Notes: generated from the sequence alone by a model not told the origin. DNA of 64,000 nt from Candidatus Atabeyarchaeum deiterrae (GCA_037310415.1 CP147780.1:1792001-1856000), one strand, 5' to 3'; positions 1 to 11,040 are shown, numbered from the stretch's first letter. Program-made: numbers and translations.

Positions 1-780
1 CGCTGCAATCTCACCTTCGGGGTGCATTACGATCATCTTGTAGTTCCTCTCCTTCTCGGCCATGAAGGTAAGGAGGGCCGACATCGGTGTCATGGGATAG
101 GCCACGTAGAGTCCACAACCAGCTGCTATTGCACCTGTTCCTATCGCTTCATTTCCAGTAAGAAAGATGTGGTACTTCCCCTCTGCCTTAGTTTTCTCCA
201 GTCGACATTCGAAGTCATCCTCAAAGTTGTTCTTCAAGTACTCGTATCCGTTCTGTGCCGCTTTGATACTCGCCTCGGCAGCAACTGGCTTGTCACTGAA
301 GGTGTCCCTCAAGACATCCTCCAGTATCTTAAAGTCGCAATTGACGAGTTTCACAGCAGCTCCAAGAGCAACAGTGTTTCTCGAAATGGCATCTTGCTTT
401 AAGTCCTCCGTAACAATCTTCTTCAGAGGAACCGGGTAGAACTTCAGGTCTTTCCTTCCAAGTTGCTTCTGCGCATCAGGCAAGTCAATTGGGTCGTGAA
501 TGATCCCAGCGCCTGGCGCAAGCTCATTCTTATGCAACATGACTGTCTCTGCGTTCAATGCTATTAGCAGGTCAATATAATCTGTTTGCGAGTAAACTTC
601 TTGGTCGCGTATCCATGCTACATAGAAGTTATGTCCTCCTCGAATAAGCGATTGATAATCGTTCATGCCGAAAGCATAAAGTCCTCCTCGCATGGCGGCT
701 TTCACGAAGAGATAGCCAGCTCGAGTAATGCCAGCTCCAGCTTCTCCTCCTACCAGAATAGATAGATCGTTGACTTTCAT
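1..780 (-). CDS. korA: 2-oxoacid:ferredoxin oxidoreductase alpha subunit (gamma-alpha fused type), 5' part; runs off the window start
   Basis: Not in the ORF track. Manual translation from ATG at 780 gives MKVNDLSILVGGEAGAGITRAG...NDYQSLIRGGHN, the GGEAG and IRGG motifs of OFOR alpha. Confidence 0.88.
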   Translation of the reverse strand, partial: MKVNDLSILVGGEAGAGITRAGYLFVKAAMRGGLYAFGMNDYQSLIRGGHNFYVAWIRDQEVYSQTDYIDLLIALNAETVMLHKNELAPGAGIIHDPIDLPDAQKQLGRKDLKFYPVPLKKIVTEDLKQDAISRNTVALGAAVKLVNCDFKILEDVLRDTFSDKPVAAEASIKAAQNGYEYLKNNFEDDFECRLEKTKAEGKYHIFLTGNEAIGTGAIAAGCGLYVAYPMTPMSALLTFMAEKERNYKMIVMHPEGEIAA

Positions 781-1070
781 GTTTTCTTCCCCAGTCCAGT
801 TTTGCAGATGTCTCGACTACACTGGCAATAGTTACAGGTGGATTCAGGAGTCCCTCTGCCGCTCCTTCTGATTCTGAATAGGTTTTACAGAAACGATAAT
901 GAGATAAAAACATTTCTTAGGATCAGGTTGGACGATGCATTTGTGTATTCCGCAATGACTACGTTCAATAATTCGGTGAACATGATTAGGTTTATTATGA
1001 GCGTCATAGGATAGTCGTACTGAAGTCCACCCAAGATCCGAAGTCGAGAAGCTGCGGGGTAACTTGTTCT

Positions 1071-3050
1071 ATGTCGCTACTTTCCGCTATCAAGAACCTT
1101 CTTCACAGGAAAAAACAAAAGGAGCTATTCCAGTGTGCCGTCGAATTGAAACACGTAGAGGAGCTGACACTCGGAGGAGAACTTGAAGAAGCACTCCAAG
1201 AAGTGGAGAAACTCGAGAAAAGCAGTGAGCTTGTCAAAGAAGAACAAACTGCCTGCAAACTCTTGAAGAGCGACATCCTCAACGAGATGGGCAATCACGA
1301 AGATGCGCTGACGCTCGCAAAACAGGCGTCAGAAGAAAGCAAGGCGCTTGGTAGCCAGTCACAGTTCGTGGAAGCCGCGACGAGAAAAGCGAATGCATTC
1401 CATAGACTTGGTCGCTACGCTGAAGGACTCAAAGCAATCGAAGAAGGTGAACAGGTTCTCGAGAAGATGCCGCAGCTACAGCCGCTGGAGTCAGCAGAGA
1501 AGCGGAAACTCCTTCTGAATCGCAAGGGCACCCTATACATAGAGAAGGGAGAAATGGATTTCGCGATCAAATGCTTTCAAGACAGCCTGGTTCTGTCGAG
1601 AGAGCTCGGGGACAAACGAGGAGTTGCCTCAACCCTAAACAACATTGGCTATTCCTACCACTTGAAAGGTGAACTGGATCTTGCCCTGGAAAACTATCAG
1701 AACAGCCTAGAGATTCTTCAAGAAATAGATTACAAGCTTGCTATCAGTGCTGCCCTCAACAATATCGGTCTCACATACCACTTAAAAGGCGAACTTGACC
1801 TAGCGCTGCAGCATTTTCAGAAGAGTCTTGCGGTTGCCGAGACTATCGCGTACATGCCACTTATCGCAATAAACCTGGGAGGCATAGGTGTCATCCACTA
1901 CGAGCAAGGTGAAGTTGACTCTGCCTCAAATTACTATGGAAGGAGTCTGGCCATACACGAAGAACTTGGAAACAGTCTCTACACATCTGAAATACTTTTC
2001 AGGTTAGTCGTCTTGGAGATGGAAAGAGGCTCCGCCGAGACTGCTAGCGACTACCTTCGCAAGTTGAAGACAATCAGAGAAAAAGAAGAAAACAAGATCA
2101 TCAGCCAGCGATACCACCTCTCTGAAGCCCTACTTCTGAAAAATAGTGACAGAATAGTGGAGAAGGCTAAGGCCCAAGAGATCTTCAAACAAGTGGCGGA
2201 AGAACCCGTTGTTTCACTTGAGCTTACCACTTTTGCATCGCTCAACCTCTGCGAGTTACTCTTGCTGGAGTTGAAGACTTTTGGAAATGAGAAGATTCTG
2301 AGAGAACTGAAGACGATCTACCAAATGCTACTCGATATTGCTAGTCTGCAAAAGTCCTATTCACTGCTCGCGGAAACCTACTTACTGCAATCTAAGCTTG
2401 CGCTGCTGGAGCTGGACGTGAAACAGGCACAGAAGCACCTTTCTGAGGCAGAGCAAATTGCAGGCGATAAAGGCCTCCGCAGACTTGCTGTAAAGGTGTC
2501 GAATGAGCATGATTCACTGCTTGACCAGTCGAGCAAGTGGAATGACCTTGCCCAGAGGAACGCGTCTATAGCTGAAAGACTTGAATTGGCCCAACTTGAA
2601 GACACGATGGCAAAAATGATATTGGGAAGATCAGAAGAGATCCCCGAAGTGCCGGAGGAGCCAGTAATGTTGTTGACGATGGATGAAGAAAGTGGGTTAA
2701 CATTGTACTCCAAGAAATTTCTTCCTGAAGGACAACTTGATGAGCAAATCATTGGCGGATTCTTGACGGCGATCAACAGTTTTGGCCGTGAGTTGTTTTC
2801 AACCACAGGGTCACTCGAACGAATAAAGCATCAAGACTTCACAATAATGATGAAGCCTCAGAAACCTCTGATGTTCTGCTATGTGTTCAAGGGACAGTCT
2901 TATCATGCCCTGCAGAAACTGGATCGTTTTATACTGGCCTTGCAGAACTCGCAGACAACTTGGAACGCCATAGTCAATAGGAGCCTGAAGAGAGATTCAT
3001 CTGAGGTAGCATCAATCGAACAATTTGTGCGGGAGATATTTGTGTCATAG
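1071..3050 (+). CDS. TPR-repeat protein with C-terminal longin-like domain
   Basis: Repeated LNNIGxxYxxKGELDLAL TPR units. The C-terminal ~130 aa (PVMLLTMDEESGLTLYSKKF...GGFLTAINSFGRE...FCYVFKG) match the longin pattern. Confidence 0.8.
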   Translation: MSLLSAIKNLLHRKKQKELFQCAVELKHVEELTLGGELEEALQEVEKLEKSSELVKEEQTACKLLKSDILNEMGNHEDALTLAKQASEESKALGSQSQFVEAATRKANAFHRLGRYAEGLKAIEEGEQVLEKMPQLQPLESAEKRKLLLNRKGTLYIEKGEMDFAIKCFQDSLVLSRELGDKRGVASTLNNIGYSYHLKGELDLALENYQNSLEILQEIDYKLAISAALNNIGLTYHLKGELDLALQHFQKSLAVAETIAYMPLIAINLGGIGVIHYEQGEVDSASNYYGRSLAIHEELGNSLYTSEILFRLVVLEMERGSAETASDYLRKLKTIREKEENKIISQRYHLSEALLLKNSDRIVEKAKAQEIFKQVAEEPVVSLELTTFASLNLCELLLLELKTFGNEKILRELKTIYQMLLDIASLQKSYSLLAETYLLQSKLALLELDVKQAQKHLSEAEQIAGDKGLRRLAVKVSNEHDSLLDQSSKWNDLAQRNASIAERLELAQLEDTMAKMILGRSEEIPEVPEEPVMLLTMDEESGLTLYSKKFLPEGQLDEQIIGGFLTAINSFGRELFSTTGSLERIKHQDFTIMMKPQKPLMFCYVFKGQSYHALQKLDRFILALQNSQTTWNAIVNRSLKRDSSEVASIEQFVREIFVS

Positions 3051-5324
3051 GGTAGAGCCTATGCATATCCTGTTCCATAGTTCTATCCTGAGTTTCTCCA
3101 GATGTTTGCTTGATGCAACTCTTTCTCCATCGAGGTAGACGTTCAGGCCTTGGTTCGTCGCGTCTGCTGCGCTTGCGTTCCATGATACTGCAACGTTATG
3201 TCCTTGATAGGGCACTCCTTGGATAGAGAAATCTTCAAGGTTGAAGGGAAGAGGATCGATCAGAAGCGATCTCTCGGCAGGATCTGTGGGTCTTATTCCA
3301 CAGACATATTTGATGATCAAGTCGACCACCCATGAATGCTGATAGTCGTCCACACCCCTATAGGTGCATGGATCGCCGGTCAGCGGGTTGTAGTGCTCGT
3401 AACAATTAGGCCGGTTGAAGTCCTCATCAAAGAACATCATCTTAATGTATTCTAAGATGAAGTTGGCGGCAACGCTCCGAAGAGGCTCATCGCCGTTGCT
3501 TTCCGCCGTGTAGACCAGCGCCTCTGCAATGTGGCTGTTAGTCATGGGCCAGACTCGTCCGTTCCATGGGCACATCATGCGCTTTCCCTTCCACTCTGCG
3601 TCGGCACTGAAGTATTCGCTTTCCATGCTGAGAGTTGCCACGGGGGTTGGAGTCCAGAACTCTTTATCGTTCAACAAGTGCTCCTTGATTGACGGTAAGT
3701 GCTCTTGTGTGGCGATGTCGGACATGAACGGGTAGAAGCATGTTATTGCTTTCACTTTGCTCTTTTCGTGGTCAGAGGGTCTCACGTCGTAGAACATCTT
3801 GTCCTTATGATCCCACATGATGTCGCGGATGGCACTTCGGCATTTTACCGCGCTGGCCAATAGCTTCTTTGCATCTTCCTTCTTGCCAATCTTCTCTGCA
3901 ATGTAGCTTAGTGCATTCTGCAGTTCGTAGATGTAGACTGTTGCGTCGACTCCCTCCAAGGGCTCTTGAAGAGGTTGATCCTTGTCTGCTTCTGCATCAG
4001 CATGCAAGTATCTCGGGTTAAGTTCCTGACCCGACTCCATCTCATCTAATATGTCGTAGAGGTAGTCGTGGTCGCAATCCCTCTCATCATTGAAGTAGTT
4101 TAAGTATCTCATTAGTGGTTCATAGACCTGTCTGAGGAATTCTAGATCGGGATGAACCTTGTGCAGCTCGGTTGCGACTTTACCCCAATTGGCATGATAG
4201 AATGTGTTATCTCTCAGGTCAGCAGTGCCCACAATTCCCGGGAGGAAACCATTTGGCTTCTGGTAATGGAAAAGTCCGAGCATGCACCCTTGCGCTAAAG
4301 TGGGGTTCTTCGTCCAGCGCGTCTCAAGAACATGGGTTTGGGCAGAGTAGGAGATGTGTTTTCTGAAAACCCTCAATCCCTCATATACGCACGGGTACTT
4401 GTGATTGCCAAGCTTTCCAATGGTCATAAGGTGGAGACCGTACCACCTGTACCAGTAATATTTCTCAATATAAGGGTTCGAGCAGTGAAACTCTGGGACC
4501 TCTGAGAAGAAGCTTCTCCAAGACTCAGAACTTGCATCTGGCTGCTTCCTGACTATTTCTTCCTCCAATCTCTTCACGGCTTCATCCCCAGACAAAGAAA
4601 ATGAAGAGCTGAAAGAAAAAGCTGCTGTGCCTTTTGTCGATAGTCTCAATGGGTATTGTAACCCGATGTATAGCAGCCCGTAAGGATCGGTCCCCACTTG
4701 GCGTTTAATCTCATTCTTGAATTGTCCCCCATGTATCTTGTCGGCGAAGGGCGTTAGGCTCCAAAGCGGTTTATTCTCTGAGCCTTGAGAAAGGTTGACA
4801 GTGAAGGAGGAGAAACCTTGTTTAGAGCCCATCACCTGTATGATGTTGGGGTTCTTGCGAAAAACCATCATGCTCTTTGTATCGACAGGTCTTGCATCTA
4901 TGACCGATGCTGCGGGATACGCCACCCAAGGAACCATATGTAGAAGTTGGCCCTCCTTTGCTTTGGCTCCCTTCATTTGAGCTATCTCAAGTGTGGAGGT
5001 GAGAGCGTAGCTGGCTGATGCAGTTCTCCACTCTGTAACCTCAATTCCTTGCGATGAAACGTACTTCTGCTTGAAGTATGAAGGAGTCCATTCACGACTC
5101 GAAAGATCACATTCCAGTTGGATCGGTCGAAGATTCTCGTCAAGAATAGTCATGGTGAAGACGGGTTCGACTTTAATGTCGTAAAAGTCTGCATAGTCAT
5201 AGAACCCAAGCACATCAAGATACTCAGGAAAGGACGGTGCATAAATCAAACCGGAACCATTCCCCAAAAACCACTTGTCTCCCCTGCGCGAGAGAAGAGA
5301 AAGCGGATCAAAAGACTGCGACAT
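3045..5324 (-). CDS. Glycoside hydrolase of (alpha/alpha)6 GH63/MGH1/trehalase-like type
   Basis: ESGQE motif, YFYD-like segment, WNGRVWPMTN and EHYNPLTG motifs. Start MSQSF follows GGAGG. Confidence 0.75.
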   Translation of the reverse strand: MSQSFDPLSLLSRRGDKWFLGNGSGLIYAPSFPEYLDVLGFYDYADFYDIKVEPVFTMTILDENLRPIQLECDLSSREWTPSYFKQKYVSSQGIEVTEWRTASASYALTSTLEIAQMKGAKAKEGQLLHMVPWVAYPAASVIDARPVDTKSMMVFRKNPNIIQVMGSKQGFSSFTVNLSQGSENKPLWSLTPFADKIHGGQFKNEIKRQVGTDPYGLLYIGLQYPLRLSTKGTAAFSFSSSFSLSGDEAVKRLEEEIVRKQPDASSESWRSFFSEVPEFHCSNPYIEKYYWYRWYGLHLMTIGKLGNHKYPCVYEGLRVFRKHISYSAQTHVLETRWTKNPTLAQGCMLGLFHYQKPNGFLPGIVGTADLRDNTFYHANWGKVATELHKVHPDLEFLRQVYEPLMRYLNYFNDERDCDHDYLYDILDEMESGQELNPRYLHADAEADKDQPLQEPLEGVDATVYIYELQNALSYIAEKIGKKEDAKKLLASAVKCRSAIRDIMWDHKDKMFYDVRPSDHEKSKVKAITCFYPFMSDIATQEHLPSIKEHLLNDKEFWTPTPVATLSMESEYFSADAEWKGKRMMCPWNGRVWPMTNSHIAEALVYTAESNGDEPLRSVAANFILEYIKMMFFDEDFNRPNCYEHYNPLTGDPCTYRGVDDYQHSWVVDLIIKYVCGIRPTDPAERSLLIDPLPFNLEDFSIQGVPYQGHNVAVSWNASAADATNQGLNVYLDGERVASSKHLEKLRIELWNRICIGSTL

Positions 5325-5621
5325 CACGGTTAACCTCCGTTTGAGCATGTGTATCTATTCGGGTCAGAGCGTGAACCATTGAAATAGTATTATGTTGCAT
5401 GTCCGCCTATAAGACTGTTTTAACAGTTGAAATCTGAAATAGCTTTTCGCAGATGAGTACTGCTGTGGCAAGGGTATTCCGATTAGTATTTATCGTGGCT
5501 TTCCTCTAAGTACTAACGGATCTGGAGGAAAATGCCAAGTTTGGCTGGACGGGGGTAACAGTCTTTGTGTGCTGCCGCCGATTTGGAAAGCAGAGCTCAA
5601 AGGGAGCGAATAAGGGACGAC

Positions 5622-6149
5622 ATGATGGGTACTAGAAAAGGTGAGGAACTCCATCTGCCTTCTGATATTCAATGGTACACAATATCTAGTGGAGACCTCG
5701 GTCTTTTGATCCTGACGGTTCTGTTCGTGATTTTGGGAGCCTTCGTTCTAATCTATGCCGTAGCATTCGCATTTGCGAATATTGTTAGTCTTGGAGAAGT
5801 TGCGGCTGCAAGGAAATACAGAAGGAAAACCGAAAGGTTGGGACTGGAAGAACGAGAAGGGCGCAAAATTGCGGGGAAGTTGAGCCGTACAACCATCTAC
5901 TTCACGAGTGTCCTTCTAGCCTTGACTGTCGAAGAAGGTTATAGATACATCTTTCACACCGGGTCAGCAGACAGTTTGATTTGGGCGTTTAGAATAGTCT
6001 GCTTCGCACTCTTCATCTTAATCACAGGAGTGCTGTTCGTGAGGCTCTACCGATGGATGTCATTCAAGTCCTCGACAACGTACCAGAAAACGATCAATAA
6101 GATCAAAGAGGTTGAGAAGGGTTCATACAAGAGGATCTACGAAAAGTAG
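5622..6149 (+). CDS. Hypothetical membrane protein (about 3 TM helices)
   Basis: ORF with three hydrophobic segments. Confidence 0.55.
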   Translation: MMGTRKGEELHLPSDIQWYTISSGDLGLLILTVLFVILGAFVLIYAVAFAFANIVSLGEVAAARKYRRKTERLGLEEREGRKIAGKLSRTTIYFTSVLLALTVEEGYRYIFHTGSADSLIWAFRIVCFALFILITGVLFVRLYRWMSFKSSTTYQKTINKIKEVEKGSYKRIYEK

Positions 6150-6566
6150 AGTAGAAGTCGGTCAAGCATGCATACCCGCGGCGACCCATGTAACCTCACC
6201 TCTCTATTCTTTTTGTGGGGACCGCGATAGAATCCAATGCAACAACGATTGAAGACAAGTCCGCGATGAGAATCACAAGAACGAATAAAGTCATATAATG
6301 CTCATTCCATTTCCGATGGCAGATCGCAAATTCGCTTGAGAACGTAAATGGAATCATTGGAGAACTTCAAGTAATGTGACCAGTTCCCTTATATCAGCGA
6401 GGCTGTTTCTCAGTTCAATGGACTCCAACCTCTGCATTTATCGTATGTTACAAATAACTCTCATGAATCGTTTTGAGTCATGGAAGCTCACTCGACTACA
6501 GTCGTTTAGGAGTCAACTAAAGCAATGTTGAACACTTTGTATTTACCAAGAAGAAGGCGATGTTAG

Positions 6567-7892
6567 GTGACTGAACCAAAAGGAGCAGCTGCAAAGGAAA
6601 AGAAAGGCGGAGACGTCGCCATTAAGTGGCACGGATTCTACCAAGGGAAAATAGGAACCAACATAAAAGTCCCGATAACCTCACTTAACGACTTCTCATA
6701 CTGGTACACACCCTACGTGGCTGATGTTTGCAGAGCGATCCAAGCAGACGAACACCGACAGTATGAGTTGACGAACAAGTCGAACCTCGTTGCAGTCGTT
6801 ACAGATGGCACTAGGATCCTCGGTCTTGGAGACATAGGTCCAAAGGCAGGAATGCCAGTCATGGAGGGAAAGGCGATGATCTTCAAATACCTTGGAGACG
6901 TTGATGCCTTCCCCATATGCCTTGGCACTAAGGACGAGGATCATATAATCCAAGCGGTGAAATGGATAGCGCCAACTTTCGGCGGAATTAACTTGGAAGA
7001 TATTGACTCACCGAAGTGCTTCAAGATCCTACAAGAACTCACGAAGCAACTAGATATATTTGTCTGGCACGACGACCAACAAGGAACGGCGACAGTAATA
7101 CTCGCGGGACTAATCAATGCATTGAAAGTCGCAGGAAAGAAAATAGGCGAAATCCAGACTGCCATAATTGGCGCGGGCGCAGCAGGCATCCCAACAGCAA
7201 GACTTCTCATCGAAGCTGGGACAAAGCAGGAGAACATCATCATGGTTGATAGCAAGGGAATACTCTCCAACGATAGACGAGACATGGACAAATGGAAAGC
7301 CGGAATCGCGAGAATAACCAACGGCGAACAAAGAACTGGGGGAATAGAAGAAGCATTGAAAGACTGCGACGTGGTGATAGGAATCTCGAAACCGGGACCA
7401 GGCGTGATAACTAAAGAAATGGTGAAGTCAATGGCAACAAACTCAATAGTCTTCGCACTCGCAAACCCGACACCCGAAATACTGCCCAGTGAGGCAAAAG
7501 AAGCAGGAGCAAAAGTAGTAGCAACAGGCAGATCAGACTTCCCTAACCAGGTCAACAACAGCATAGGGTTCCCCGCAATCCTAAGAGGTGCACTGGACGT
7601 CCACGCGAAGACAATAAACGCGGAAATGATGATTGAAGCCGCCACAGAAGTCGCCAAGTTCGCCGAAGAGAAAGGTCTGAGCGACGACTATATTGTTCCA
7701 AGAATGACAGAGCTCGAAATGTATCCAAGAGAAGCAGCAGCAATCGCGCGCGCAGCAATCAGAACAGGTGTGGCCAAGGTCAAAGTTGATCCGAAGAAAA
7801 TACAAGAAGACACATTGAAACGAATAATGGCTAACAAAAAGATCAACGAGCTATTAGTGAAAGAGAACTTCATAAAACCGTTCCCACAATAG
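6567..7892 (+). CDS. mae: NAD(P)-dependent malic enzyme
   Basis: YTPYVA, TDGTRILGLGDIG, PVMEGKA, INLEDI, HDDQQGT, GAGAAG and ATGRSDFPNQVNN motifs. Confidence 0.95.
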   Translation: MTEPKGAAAKEKKGGDVAIKWHGFYQGKIGTNIKVPITSLNDFSYWYTPYVADVCRAIQADEHRQYELTNKSNLVAVVTDGTRILGLGDIGPKAGMPVMEGKAMIFKYLGDVDAFPICLGTKDEDHIIQAVKWIAPTFGGINLEDIDSPKCFKILQELTKQLDIFVWHDDQQGTATVILAGLINALKVAGKKIGEIQTAIIGAGAAGIPTARLLIEAGTKQENIIMVDSKGILSNDRRDMDKWKAGIARITNGEQRTGGIEEALKDCDVVIGISKPGPGVITKEMVKSMATNSIVFALANPTPEILPSEAKEAGAKVVATGRSDFPNQVNNSIGFPAILRGALDVHAKTINAEMMIEAATEVAKFAEEKGLSDDYIVPRMTELEMYPREAAAIARAAIRTGVAKVKVDPKKIQEDTLKRIMANKKINELLVKENFIKPFPQ

Positions 7893-8304
7893 CAATAAAG
7901 CGATTGCAGGCGATACAAACGCACCAAGATTCTTTCTTCTAATTTCTGTTTCTCTGATATTGACGCGGGACGACTCCCATTGGGTTCTACTCCGATTATG
8001 TCAATTGGCCTTCTTGACCACAGCGTACGCATCCTTTGCTTCGCGCTTACATCTTCCTGCACATATCCCCTTTTACGCTATGCTCCCCGATGCCGGATTC
8101 TGACTAATTGCCGACCAAGTTCACAACGTCGCAGTTAGTCTGGTAACTCTCGATTCCGGGCACTTGTCTCAAAACTGCCGCTCTCTTCGGAAGAATATCG
8201 AAAGACTTTTTTATGAGATACTATGACTTAACACTATAATCCATGGCATCAAATCTTCCGAGAACGAGAGGGAACGTCAAGTCATTTTTGGAGAATGATG
8301 CGTT

Positions 8305-9348
8305 TTGAGAATACTCAAGATGAAGAAGGACAATTTGGACTGCTTCCTTGAGGAAACCAGTTCATTTGGGGAACTCTGGGGTCCCACCAAGGAAAATGGC
8401 AAATTCACTTACGACAAGATCAAGGATCGAAGTCGACTATACTTGGGAAGCGAGATTCCAATGATTCCTCCGAAGAAACTATTCCACCCTCCAACCTTTG
8501 ACATGTTTCGTTTCTCCGAAAAAGGGCTTGAGCCAAACTATGATTGGGTTACAGACAGAGTCTTATTTGGAATCCACCCATGCGACATACACGGGCTCCT
8601 AATTCTGGACAAGTTCTTCACTGGGTCACCGGCAGATCCTTACTGGAGCAAGGCGAGAGAAAAAACGATCGTCGTGGGCTACTCATGCATCCCATGCGAA
8701 AGTTGCCTGTGCAAGTCCACTAACACTGATATTGTTCACGAAGGGTTCGACCTGTTCTTTACGGATCTCGAAGACTACTACCTGGTTTGGGTCGGTTCAA
8801 GCGTCGGAGACGACATGACACGAGTGCGACAAGACATATTCGATGAGAGAGTTGAGAAGGAAGATATCAAGAAATACTTTGAATGGAGGAAGGAAAGGGA
8901 CAGCTGCTTCGTTAAAGACTTTGAATTCAAGAATCTACCTGATATGATGGAACTAAGTTATGGAACGAAAGTATGGGACAACTGGGGGGAAAAATGCCTC
9001 TCATGCGGGCAGTGCACAATGGTCTGCCCGACCTGCAACTGCTATGACGCTTACGATCAGATCGAGTTGAGCACGGAGTTCAAGGGGACACGTCAGCGTC
9101 ATTGGGACTCTTGCATGTTTTCTGATTACTCTCTTGTCGCGGGTGGACAGAACTTCAGAGGCAAGCGATCTGACCGCGTCAAGCTATGGTATACTCACAA
9201 ACTCAGAGCATATGAGACAGAATCAGGCAAACCAGGCAATCCTTCATGTGTTGGTTGCGGGCGGTGTGTCAAGACCTGCCCCGTTGACATAAACGTGTTA
9301 ACAGTTTCAGACTCGCTCTTGACAGGGGAGGTGCCAAAGAAGCAATGA
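8305..9348 (+). CDS. hydB: Group 3b [NiFe] (sulf)hydrogenase beta subunit (Fe-S)
   Basis: GIHPCD, CLSCGQCTMVCPTC and CVGCGRCVKTCP motifs. First gene of the operon. Confidence 0.9.
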   Translation: MRILKMKKDNLDCFLEETSSFGELWGPTKENGKFTYDKIKDRSRLYLGSEIPMIPPKKLFHPPTFDMFRFSEKGLEPNYDWVTDRVLFGIHPCDIHGLLILDKFFTGSPADPYWSKAREKTIVVGYSCIPCESCLCKSTNTDIVHEGFDLFFTDLEDYYLVWVGSSVGDDMTRVRQDIFDERVEKEDIKKYFEWRKERDSCFVKDFEFKNLPDMMELSYGTKVWDNWGEKCLSCGQCTMVCPTCNCYDAYDQIELSTEFKGTRQRHWDSCMFSDYSLVAGGQNFRGKRSDRVKLWYTHKLRAYETESGKPGNPSCVGCGRCVKTCPVDINVLTVSDSLLTGEVPKKQ

Positions 9349-10208
9349 ACAGATCAAGTAGCGCTAATACACCAAACGAGAATCCTTACCTATCTGAGCC
9401 ATGCCGCATACTGCGCAAGATAGACTTGGCTGAGGGCGTCAGACTGTTCCAGATCCGACCAACAAATGAGAGCTCGACGCTTGCAGCGAACTATGCTCCT
9501 GGCCAATTCGTCATGGTCTCAGTTCCTGGAATAGGTGAAGCGCCTTTCTCTATCTCATCTACTCCTACACGTCCTGGTACCATGGAGTTAGGGATCAGAA
9601 AGGTCGGGAGAATAACTGAAGCGATATTCCAGCTGAAAGAAAAGGACATCATGTTTGTTAGAGGACCATACGGGAATAACTTTAACATCTCCGCGATGGA
9701 AGGCAAAGACCTAATTATCGTCGCTGGGGGAATAGGGCTAATCCCTCTGCGCTCGGTGCTACTTTTCGCGCTCGATAATAGGGAGCTCTTCAAACGGATA
9801 ATGTTTCTGTATGGCGCGCGAACGCCAGACGAAAGACTGTACAAGAATGAGTTGACCGAGCTGAAAGAGCGCGGAGATGTGGAGTGCCACTACTCGGTCG
9901 ACCGTGATCCCACAGGGAAATTCCTTGGAAAAGTTGGAGTAGTCACAACACTCTTTGCTGATCTCAAAGACATAGAGCCTGAGAAGACATCCGTCGTAAT
10001 CTGTGGTCCCCCGGTCATGTACACCTATGTGATAAGAGAACTGCTCAAGCTGAAAATACCTAAGAACCAGATCCAAATGACGCTCGAACGCCGAATGAAG
10101 TGCGGAATAGGCAAGTGCGGTCACTGCGCCTTGGACGAACTGTACACGTGCAGAGATGGGCCAGTCTTCACATACTGGGATGTAATCCACTTCAGGGAGT
10201 TGATCTGA
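9345..10208 (+). CDS. hydG: Group 3b hydrogenase gamma subunit (FAD/NAD(P)-binding, 2Fe-2S)
   Basis: PGQFVM, RGPYGN, AGGIGL, CGPPVM and MKCGIGKCGHC motifs. ATGA overlap with hydB. Confidence 0.92.
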   Translation: MNRSSSANTPNENPYLSEPCRILRKIDLAEGVRLFQIRPTNESSTLAANYAPGQFVMVSVPGIGEAPFSISSTPTRPGTMELGIRKVGRITEAIFQLKEKDIMFVRGPYGNNFNISAMEGKDLIIVAGGIGLIPLRSVLLFALDNRELFKRIMFLYGARTPDERLYKNELTELKERGDVECHYSVDRDPTGKFLGKVGVVTTLFADLKDIEPEKTSVVICGPPVMYTYVIRELLKLKIPKNQIQMTLERRMKCGIGKCGHCALDELYTCRDGPVFTYWDVIHFRELI

Positions 10209-10236
10209 AGGAGGAGCATTTTGGAGGACTATCATC

Positions 10237-11040
10237 ATGTCAAAGGCAAAAGAAGTAACAAAGCCTAAGCTCGGCATTTACGAATTGACAGGTTGTTCCG
10301 GCGAACAGTTAATTTTCCTCCACAGCGAGGAACTCTTACTCGACCTAGTGAAAGTCTTCGATTTACGGGTCTGGGTCATGGCAACAAGCGGTCCAGAAAT
10401 AGACGACGTAGACGTCGCCTTAATTGAGGGTTCCGTGGGCACAGAGCAGGATGCTGAACGGCTAAAGGAAATCAGAAAACGGGCTAAGACTCTAGTAGCC
10501 ATCGGTGACTGCGCCTGTTACGGATGCATCCAAGCCCAGTCAGCCAACGACGGAAAGTATCAGGAAAGACTGAAACTCGTCTACGGAGACCCCTCAAAGA
10601 TAACCGTTCGCAAACCCATGGAGGCCCAACCAGTCGACGCAATAGTCAAAGTAGACTACTCTCTACCCGGCTGCCCGATAAACGCAAGGCAGACCTTTGC
10701 ACTCGTCACTAGACTTGCAAGAGGGTTCCAACCAGAGTCACCCAAGTTCCCAGTGTGTCTGGAATGCAGAATGAAAGACAATAATTGTCTCCTATACAAC
10801 GGCAAGTTCTGCCTCGGACCAATAACCCTGGCTGGATGTGGCGCTGTCTGCCCGTCCTACAACCTCCCCTGTGTGGGTTGCTTTGGATTGAATGAAGATG
10901 GCAACCTAACCTCTGAAATAAAGAAACTTGAGGAGAACGGATTTAAAAAAGAAGATGTGATTCGACGAATCCGAACCTTTGGAGGAACCAAGGCAGCCAA
11001 AACCATAGAGAAACTACTACAGGAGGGAACACTGAAGTAA
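10237..11040 (+). CDS. hydD: Group 3b hydrogenase delta (small) subunit
   Basis: IEGSV, AIGDCAC, LPGCP, VCLEC, CLGPITLAGCGAVCP and CVGCFG motifs. Confidence 0.92.
   Translation: MSKAKEVTKPKLGIYELTGCSGEQLIFLHSEELLLDLVKVFDLRVWVMATSGPEIDDVDVALIEGSVGTEQDAERLKEIRKRAKTLVAIGDCACYGCIQAQSANDGKYQERLKLVYGDPSKITVRKPMEAQPVDAIVKVDYSLPGCPINARQTFALVTRLARGFQPESPKFPVCLECRMKDNNCLLYNGKFCLGPITLAGCGAVCPSYNLPCVGCFGLNEDGNLTSEIKKLEENGFKKEDVIRRIRTFGGTKAAKTIEKLLQEGTLK

Noticed and set aside
1620-1900. Near-repeated DNA units in the TPR genes (also 50800-51500)
   Set aside because: These are protein-level TPR repeats, not CRISPR or a DGR TR/VR pair.
6941-7657. Long antisense ORFs (also 23947-24732, 37168-37830, 52616-53194 and others)
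   Set aside because: They are shadows of well-supported genes on the opposite strand.
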